NCBI GenBank assembly: GCA_965235115.1
Contig: OZ249436.1
Span: 26,972,001-27,036,000, forward strand
Reading direction: 5' to 3'
DNA length: 64,000 bases
From: Laetmonice hystrix
Lineage: Eukaryota
The notes beneath the pieces were generated by a model. That model ran no database searches. It saw only the letters and a program-made list of their open reading frames with translations, and was not told the DNA's origin. Shown here piece after piece: positions 54,401-64,000 of the stretch (position 1 is its first letter; each line of letters opens with the position of its first letter). The position numbers and the translations under genes were made by a program.

Positions 54401-55241
54401 GATATGGCTGACTGACCCTCAGACAATACCCCGAACCACTCAGCCAACACCCTCCCCTTCCCAATCCCATGATATGGCTGACTGGCCCTTAGACATTATC
54501 CCAAACCACCCAGCCAACACCCTCCCTCTTCCCAATCCCCATGATATGGCTGACTGTCCCTCAGACATTACCCCGAACCACTCAGCCAACACCCTCCCAC
54601 TTCCCAATCCCCATGATATGGCTGACTGGCCCTTAGACATTACCCGGACCACTCAGCCAACACCCTCCCTCTTGCCAATCCCCATGATATGGCTGACTGG
54701 CCCTTAGACATTATCCCAAAGCACCCAGCCAACACCCTCCCCCTTCCCAATCCCCATGATATGGCTGACTGGTCCTTAGACATTACCCCGAACCACAGAG
54801 CCAACACCCTCCCTCGACCCAATCCCCATGATATGGCTGACTGGCCCTCAGACATTACCCCGAACCACTCACAGCCAACACCCTCCCTCTTCCCAATCCC
54901 CATGACATGGCTGACTGGCCCTCAGACAATACCCCGAACCACTCAGCCAACACCCTCCCTCTTCCCAATCCCCATGATATGGCTGACTGGCCCTTAGACA
55001 TTACCCCGAACCACTCAGCCAACACCCTCCCACTTCCCAATCCCCATGATATGGCTGACTGGCCCTCAGACATTACCCCGAACCACTCACAGCCAACACC
55101 CTCCCTCTTCCCAATCCCCATGATATGGCTGACTGGCCCTTAGACATTACCCCGAACCACTCAGCCAACACCTTCCCCTCTTCCTAATCCCCATGATACG
55201 GCTGTCTGGCCCTAAGACATTCCCTCAAACCACTCAACCAA

Positions 55242-55861
55242 ATTCATCATTGTTGATTTTTACTATAGTCATTCAGTTACAACAAGACAAGAATTATATG
55301 TGTGCAGGGGTGGCGTCGTGACACAGTGCAGATATTTCATCTGAAGGGTCAACTCCCACAAACTTTTTTTCATTGTTTTCTTTTGTGATTTTTTGGGTAT
55401 TTTTCCCCTTTTCTTCTATACTACCACCTCCAACCACCCAGAGTGACGCTCCAGTACAGCGAAATCAAATTAACCTTGATATAAACACCCAGCAGACATA
55501 TCTCAGTACTGCGACATCCATTACCCACAAACTTTTGTTTCATTTTTTTCTCTTTTGATTTTTTGGGGCTATTTTTCGTTTTTCTTCTATACTACCACCT
55601 CCAACCAATCCTATATCCCCCTTCCCAATCCCTGACATGACTGATTGGTCTTCAGACATTCCCTCCAAACACTTAGCCGACATCTCATCCCCTTCCCAAT
55701 CCACATGCTGTGGCTGTCTGGCCCTCAGACATTACCTCTAACCACACAACCAACACCTTCCCCACACTCACTACCACAGGGTGATGAAACGAATGGGGCC
55801 TATTGTGACCCGGGCCCCAAGGGGAATGACAATGATCATAAATGATGATCAGATGACTCGA
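55242..55861. repeat. B+C cassette, haplotype 2
   Basis: Markers TTCATTGT, CACTACCACAG, GATCAGATG. Lacks the ACGCAC variant. Confidence 0.92.
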
Positions 55862-57566
55862 TTTCCCAACCCCTATAATATGGCTAACTGGCCGTGTGAC
55901 GTTAACCCTAACCACTCAGCCAACACTCCCCCCTCTTTCCAATCCCAATGATATGGTTGACTGGCCCTCAGATGTTACCCCTAACCACTCAGCCAACACC
56001 CTTCATGTTCCCAATCCCCATGATATGGCTGACTGGCCCTCACTCATTACCCCGAACCACTCAGCCAACACCCTCCCTCTACCCAATCCCCATGATATGG
56101 CTGACTGGCCCTTAGACATTACCCCGAACCACTCAACCAACACCCTCCCTCTTCCCAATCCCCATGATATGGCTGACTGGCCCTCAGACATTACCCCGAA
56201 CCACTCAGCCAACAGCCTCCCCCTTCCCAATCCCCATGATATGGCTGACTGGCCCTTAAGACATTACCCCGAACCACCCAGCCAACACCCTCCCTCTTCC
56301 CAATCCCCATGATATGGCTGACTGGCCCTCAGACATTACCCCGAACCACTCAGCCAACACGCTCCTTCTTCCCAATCCCCATGATATGGCTGAATGTCCC
56401 TCACACATTACCCCGAACCACTCAGCCAACCCCCTCCCTCTTCCCAATCCCCACGATATGGCTGACTGGCCCTTAGACATTACCCGGACCACTCAGCCAA
56501 CACCCTCCCTCTTGCCAATCCCCATGATATGGCTGACTGGCCCTTAACATTACCCCGAACCACTCAGCCAACACCTTCCCCCCTTTTTCCAATCCCAATG
56601 ATATGGTTGACAGGCCCTGAGATGTTACCCCTAACCACTCAGCCAACATCCTCCCTCTTCCCAATCCCCATGATATGGCTGACTGGCCCTCAGACATTAC
56701 CCCGAACCACTCAGCCAACACCCTCCCCTTCCCAATCCCATGATATGGCTGACTGGCCCTTAGACATTATCCCAAACCACCCAGCCAACACCCTCCCTCT
56801 TCCCAATCCCCATGATATGGCTGACTGGCCCTCACTCATTACCCCGAACCACTCAGCCAACACTCTCCCCCTTCCCAATCCCATGATATGGCTGACTGGC
56901 CCTCAGACATTACCCCGAACGACTGAGCCAACACGCTCCCTCTTCCCAATCCCCATGATATGGCTGAATGTCCCTCACACATTACCCCGAACCACTCAGC
57001 CAACCCCCTCCCTCTTCCCAATCCCCACGATATGGCTGACTGGCCCTTAGACATTACCCGGACCACTCAGCCAACACCCTCCCTCTTGCCAATCCCCATG
57101 ATATGGCTGACTGGCCCTTAGACATTACCCCGAACCACTCAGCCAACACCCTCCCTCTTCCCAACCCCTATGATATGGCTGACTGGCCCTTAGACATTAC
57201 CCCGAACCACTCAGCCAACACCCTCCCTCTTCCCAATCCCCAAGATATGGCTGACTGGCCCTCAGACATTACTCCGAACCACCCACCCAACACCCTCCCT
57301 CTTTCCAATCCCCATGATATGGCTGACTGACCCCCAGACATTACCCCGAACCACTCAGCCAACACCCTCCCCCTTCCCAATCCCCATGATATGGCTGACT
57401 GGCCCTTAGACATTATCCCAAACCACCCAGCCAACACCCTCCCTCTTCCCAATCCCCATGATATGGCTGACTGTCCCTCAGACATTACCCCGAACCACTC
57501 AGCCAACACCCTCCCTCTTCCCAATCCCCATGATATGGCTGACTGGACCACAGACATTACCCCGAA

Positions 57567-58028
57567 TAGCCGGGTCCCCAGCTCTATATTAACTTCGTAT
57601 ATAGAGCCTGGCGTAGGCCAATCGAAGCGAGCATTGTGATTGGCCCATCGAAAACATGGACGCAAACGAGGTATAGTTCCGTACCCTCCGTATTTCTCCA
57701 ACAAGACACAAATATTTTCATCAATCCCTTTAAAATACAAGTGTTAAATGTCCTCGCTTTTCTGGATGTAAACATAGCGTCAGCAGTCCCACCACCTGCT
57801 ACGGTCTGCATACGCAGGGGCATGTTGCTATTGTTGGCCACTCCCGGCCACGCTCCAAGCAGAAGTCAATCACTCTGTTAACGCTGACCAACGGACCGGA
57901 GGCGGAAGTGATTAGCTCCGAGGCGGAAGTGCTTGGAGATCACCACTTCCGTTTTACAGCTTTCTGTTAGCCATCACCGGGCCTAACATCAAGCGGATGC
58001 GTATGGTAAGGCGGCGGGGACCAGGCTA
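57567..58028. mobile_element. Module A MITE-like element, copy 6
   Basis: Same TIRs, TSD, flanks and internal sequence as copy 1. Confidence 0.92.
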
Positions 58029-58194
58029 TACCCCGAACAACTCAACCAACACCCTCCCTCTTCCCAATCCCCATGATATGGCTGACTGGCCCTTAGACAT
58101 TACCCCGAACCACTCAGCCAACACCTTCCCCTCTTCCTAATCCCCATGATACGGCTGTCTGGCCCTAAGACATTCCCTCAAACCACTCAACCAA

Positions 58195-58814
58195 ATTCAT
58201 CATTGTTGATTTTTACTATAGTCATTCAGTTACAACAAGACAAGAATTATATGTGTGCAGGGGTGGCGTCGTGACACAGTGCAGATATTTCATCTGAAGG
58301 GTCAACTCCCACAAACTTTTTTTCACTGTTTTCTTTTGTGATTTTTTGGGTATTTTTCCCCTTTTCTTCTATACTACCACCTCCAACCACCCAGAGTGAC
58401 GCTCCAGTACAGCGAAATCAAATTAACCTTGATATAAACACCCAGCAGACATATCTCAGTACTGCGACATCCATTACCCACAAACTTTTGTTTCATTTTT
58501 TTCTCTTTTGATTTTTTGGGGCTATTTTTCGTTTTTCTTCTATACTACCACCTCCAACCAATCCTATATCCCCCTTCCCAATCCCTGACATGACTGATTG
58601 GTCTTCAGACATTCCCTCCAAACACTTAGCCGACATCTCATCCCCTTCCCAATCCACATGCTGTGGCTGTCTGGCCCTCAGACATTACCTCTAACCACAC
58701 AACCAACACCTTCCCCACACTCACTCCCACAGGGTGATGAAACGAATGGGGCCTATTGTGACCCGGGCCCCAAGGGGAATGACAATGATCATAAATGATG
58801 ATAAGATGACTCGA
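58195..58814. repeat. B+C cassette, haplotype 1
   Basis: Follows MITE copy 6. Type-1 markers. Confidence 0.92.
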
Positions 58815-61800
58815 TTTCCCAACCCCTATAATATGGCTAACTGGCCGTGTGACGTTAACCCTAACCACTCAGCCAACACCTTCCCCCCTCTTTCCAATCC
58901 CAATGATATGGTTGACTGGCCCTCAGATGTTACCCCTAACCACTCAGCCAACACCCTTCATGTTCCCAATCCCCATGATATGGCTGACTGGCCCTCACTC
59001 ATTACCCCGAACCACTCAGCCAACACCCTCCCTCTACCCAATCCCCATGATATGGCTGACTGGCCCTTAGACATTACCCCGAACCACTCAACCAACACCC
59101 TCCCTCTTCCCAATCCCCATGATATGGCTGACTGGCCCTCAGACATTACCCCGAACCACTCAGCCAACACCCTCCCTCTTCCCAATCCCCATGATATGGC
59201 TGACTGGCCCTCAGACATTACCCCGCACCACCCAGCCAACACCCTCCCTCTTTCCAATCCCCAGGATATGGCTGACTGACCCTCAGACATTACCCCGAAC
59301 CACTCAGCCAACACCCTCCCCCTTCCCAATCCCCATGATATGGCTGACTGGCCCTTAGACATTATCCCAAAGCACCCAGCCAACACCATCCCCCTTCCCA
59401 ATCCCCATGATATGGCTGACTGGTCCTCAGACATTACCCCGAACCACAGAGCCAACACCCTCCCTCGACCTAATCCCCATGATATGGCTGACTGGCCCTC
59501 AGACATTACCCCGAACCACTCACAGCCAACACCCTCCCTCTTCCCAATCCCCATGACATGGCTGACTGGCCCTCAGACATTACCCCGAACCACTCACCCA
59601 ACACCCTCCCTCTTCCCAATCCCCATGATATGGCTGACTCGCCCTTAGACATTACCCCGAACCACTCAGCCAACACCTTCATCCCTTCACAGTCTCCATG
59701 ATATGGCCGACTGGCCCTTAGACATTACCCCGAACCACTCAGCCAACACCCTCCCTCTTGCCAATCCCCATGATATGGCTGACTGGCCCTTAGACATTAC
59801 CCCGAACCACTCAGCCAACACCCTCCCACTTCCCAATCCCCATGATATGGCTGACTGGCCCTTAGACATTACCCCGAAACACTCAGCCAACACCTTCATC
59901 CCTTCACAATCTCCATGATATGGCCGACTGGCCCTTAGACATTACCCCGAACCACTCAGCCAACACCCTCCCTCTTGCCAATCCCCATGATATGGCTGAC
60001 CGGCCCTTAGACATTACCCCGAACCACTCAGCCAACACCCTCCCTCTTGCCAATCCCCATGATATGGCTGACTGGCCCTTAGACATTACCCCGAACCACT
60101 CAGCCAACACCTTCCCTCTTCCCAATCCCCATGATATGGCTGACTGGCCCTCAGACATTACCCCGAACCACTCAGCCAACATCCTCCCCCTTCCCAATCC
60201 CCATGATATGGCTGACTGGCCCTTAGACATTACCCCGAACCACCCAGCCAACACCCTCCCTCTTCCCAATCCCCATGATATGGCTGACTGGCCCTCAGAC
60301 ATTACCCCGAACCACTCAGCCAACACGCTCCTTCTTCCCAATCCCCATGATATGGCTGAATGTCCCTCACACATTACCCCGAACCACTCAGCCAACCCCC
60401 TCCCTCTTCCCAATCCCCACGATATGGCTGACTGGCCCTTAGACATTACCCGGACCACTCAGCCAACACCCTCCCTCTTGCCAATCCCCATGATATGGCT
60501 GACTGGCCCTTAGACATTACCCCGAACCACTCAGCCAACACCTTCCCCCCTTTTTCCAATCCCAATGATATGGTTGACAGGCCCTGAGATGTTACCCCTA
60601 ACCACTCAGCCAACATCCTCCCTCTTCCCAATCCCCATGATATGGCTGACTGGCCCTCAGACATTACCCCGAACCACTCAGCCAACACCCTCCCCTTCCC
60701 AATTACATGATATGGCTGACTGGCCCTTAGACATTATCCCAAACCACCCAGCCAACACCCTCCCTCTTCCCAATCCCCATGATATGGCTGACTGGCCCTC
60801 ACTCATTACCCCGAACCACTCAGCCAACACTCTACCCCTTCCCAATCCCATGATATGGCTGACTGGCCCTCAGACATTACCCCGAACGACTGAGCCAACA
60901 CGCTCCCTCTTCCCAATCCCCATGATATGGCTGAATGTCCCTCACACATTACCCCGAACCACTCAGCCAACCCCCTCCCTCTTCCAAATCCCCACGATAT
61001 GGCTGACTGGCCCTTAGACATTACCCGGACCACTCAGCCAACACCCTCCCTCTTGCCAATCCCCATGATATGGTTGACTGGCCCTCAGATGTTACCCCTA
61101 ACCACTCAGCCAACACCCTTCATGTTCCCAATCCCCATGATATGGCTGACTGACCCTCACTCATTACCCCGAACCACTCAGCCAACCCCCTCCCTCTTCC
61201 CAATCCCCACGATATGGCTGAGTGGCCCTTAGGCATTACCCGGACCACTCAGCCAACACCCTCCCTCTTGCCAATCCCCATGATATGGCTGACTGGCCCT
61301 CAGACATTACCCCGAACGACTGAGCCAACACGCTCCCTCTTCCCAATCCCCATGATACGGCTGAATGTCCCTCACACATTACCCCGAACCACTCAGCCAA
61401 CCCCCTCCCTCTTCCCAATCCCCACGATATGGCTGACTGGCCCTTAGGCATTACCCCGAACCACTCAGCCAACACCCTCCCTCTTCCCAATCCCCATGAT
61501 ATGGCTGACTGGCCCTTGGACATTACCCCGAACCACTCAGCCAACACCTTCCCCCCTCTTTCCAATCCCAATGATATGGTTGACTGGCCCTCAGATGTTA
61601 CCCCTAACCACTCAGCCAACACCCTTCATGTTCCCAATCCCCATGATATGGCTGACTGGCCCTCACTCATTACCCCGAACCACTCAGCCAACACCCTCCC
61701 TCTACCCAATCCCCATGATATGGCTGACTGGCCCTTAGCCATTACCCCGAACCACTCAGCCAACACCCTCCCTCTTCCCTATCCCCATGATATGGCTGAC

Positions 61801-62629
61801 TGACCCTCAGACATTACCCCGAACCACTCAGCCAACACCCTCCCCTTCCCAATCCCATGATATGGCTGACTGGCCCTTAGACATTATCCCAAACCACCCA
61901 GCCAACACCCTCCCTCTTCCCAATCCCCATGATATGGCTGACTGTCCCTCAGACATTACCCCGAACCACTCAGCCAACACCCTCCCACTTCCCAATCCCC
62001 ATGATATGGCTGACTGGCCCTTAGACATTACCCGGACCACTCAGCCAACACCCTCCCTCTTGCCAATCCCCATGATATGGCTGACTGGCCCTTAGACATT
62101 ATCCCAAAGCACCCAGCCAACACCCTCCCCCTTCCCAATCCCCATGATATGGCTGACTGGTCCTTAGACATTACCCCGAACCACAGAGCCAACACCCTCC
62201 CTCGACCCAATCCCCATGATATGGCTGACTGGCCCTCAGACATTACCCCGAACCACTCACAGCCAACACCCTCCCTCTTCCCAATCCCCATGACATGGCT
62301 GACTGGCCCTCAGACAATACCCCGAACCACTCAGCCAACACCCTCCCTCTTCCCAATCCCCATGATATGGCTGACTGGCCCTTAGACATTACCCCGAACC
62401 ACTCAGCCAACACCCTCCCACTTCCCAATCCCCATGATATGGCTGACTGGCCCTCAGACATTACCCCGAACCACTCACAGCCAACACCCTCCCTCTTCCC
62501 AATCCCCATGATATGGCTGACTGGCCCTTAGACATTACCCCGAACCACTCAGCCAACACCTTCCCCTCTTCCTAATCCCCATGATACGGCTGTCTGGCCC
62601 TAAGACATTCCCTCAAACCACTCAACCAA

Positions 62630-63249
62630 ATTCATCATTGTTGATTTTTACTATAGTCATTCAGTTACAACAAGACAAGAATTATATGTGTGCAGGGGTG
62701 GCGTCGTGACACAGTGCAGATATTTCATCTGAAGGGTCAACTCCCACAAACTTTTTTTCATTGTTTTCTTTTGTGATTTTTTGGGTATTTTTCCCCTTTT
62801 CTTCTATACTACCACCTCCAACCACCCAGAGTGACGCTCCAGTACAGCGAAATCAAATTAACCTTGATATAAACACCCAGCAGACATATCTCAGTACTGC
62901 GACATCCATTACCCACAAACTTTTGTTTCATTTTTTTCTCTTTTGATTTTTTGGGGCTATTTTTCGTTTTTCTTCTATACTACCACCTCCAACCAATCCT
63001 ATATCCCCCTTCCCAATCCCTGACATGACTGATTGGTCTTCAGACATTCCCTCCAAACACTTAGCCGACATCTCATCCCCTTCCCAATCCACATGCTGTG
63101 GCTGTCTGGCCCTCAGACATTACCTCTAACCACACAACCAACACCTTCCCCACACTCACTACCACAGGGTGATGAAACGAATGGGGCCTATTGTGACCCG
63201 GGCCCCAAGGGGAATGACAATGATCATAAATGATGATCAGATGACTCGA
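62630..63249. repeat. B+C cassette, haplotype 2
   Basis: Matches the 55242 copy at offset +7388. Confidence 0.92.
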
Positions 63250-64000
63250 TTTCCCAACCCCTATAATATGGCTAACTGGCCGTGTGACGTTAACCCTAAC
63301 CACTCAGCCAACACTCCCCCCTCTTTCCAATCCCAATGATATGGTTGACTGGCCCTCAGATGTTACCCCTAACCACTCAGCCAACACCCTTCATGTTCCC
63401 AATCCCCATGATATGGCTGACTGGCCCTCACTCATTACCCCGAACCACTCAGCCAACACCCTCCCTCTACCCAATCCCCATGATATGGCTGACTGGCCCT
63501 TAGACATTACCCCGAACCACTCAACCAACACCCTCCCTCTTCCCAATCCCCATGATATGGCTGACTGGCCCTCAGACATTACCCCGAACCACTCAGCCAA
63601 CAGCCTCCCCCTTCCCAATCCCCATGATATGGCTGACTGGCCCTTAAGACATTACCCCGAACCACCCAGCCAACACCCTCCCTCTTCCCAATCCCCATGA
63701 TATGGCTGACTGGCCCTCAGACATTACCCCGAACCACTCAGCCAACACGCTCCTTCTTCCCAATCCCCATGATATGGCTGAATGTCCCTCACACATTACC
63801 CCGAACCACTCAGCCAACCCCCTCCCTCTTCCCAATCCCCACGATATGGCTGACTGGCCCTTAGACATTACCCGGACCACTCAGCCAACACCCTCCCTCT
63901 TGCCAATCCCCATGATATGGCTGACTGGCCCTTAACATTACCCCGAACCACTCAGCCAACACCTTCCCCCCTTTTTCCAATCCCAATGATATGGTTGACA

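Larger units (their letters stand above)
50179..57566 (+). repeat. One canonical 7388-bp higher-order repeat unit (A - B1C1 - satellite - B2C2 - satellite)
   Basis: MITE-to-MITE (50179 to 57567) and B2-to-B2 (55242 to 62630) distances are both 7388. The order of monomer variants repeats in 57567-64000. Confidence 0.93.
1..64000 (+). repeat. 72-bp satellite DNA tandem array (about 760 monomers, single orientation, continues past both window edges)
   Basis: The motif ATGATATGGCTGACTGGCCCTYAGACATTACCCCGAACCACTCAGCCAAC recurs every ~72 bp (length variants of about 70-75 bp) throughout. The consensus is 31/72 C and 9/72 G on the + strand. Copy number is estimated from window length minus inserts. 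Confidence 0.99.

Noticed and set aside
28..63935. Hundreds of ORFs in the six-frame track
   Set aside because: Almost all are translations of the 72-bp monomer, overlapping on both strands and in several frames, broken by recurrent frameshifts, with no recognisable domain.

Overview
The whole 64-kb window is a head-to-tail eukaryotic-type satellite array. It holds about 760 copies (estimated from lengths) of a C-rich 72-bp monomer (CCATGATATGGCTGACTGGCCCTYAGACATTACCCCGAACCACTCAGCCAACACCCTCCCTCTTCCCAATCC), and I saw no inverted monomers. There is no credible protein-coding gene: the ORF track is a by-product of a largely stop-free 24-codon monomer. Three non-satellite modules interrupt the array. 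(A) A 462-bp non-autonomous DNA transposon with TAGCC...GGCTA termini and a 9-bp TSD, present in 6 near-identical copies at the same site, with a matching empty site at 20340. (B) A ~367-bp T-rich block with an internal ~83-bp direct repeat, 14 copies. (C) A ~98-bp stem-loop plus ATG-rich tail resembling a LINE/SINE 3' end, 15 copies. Together these form a ~7.39-kb composite higher-order repeat (HOR) whose copies differ by in-register duplications and deletions of whole monomers. Each consensus monomer carries a canonical G-quadruplex/i-motif pattern. Organism, chromosomal role and assembly fidelity cannot be determined from the sequence alone.
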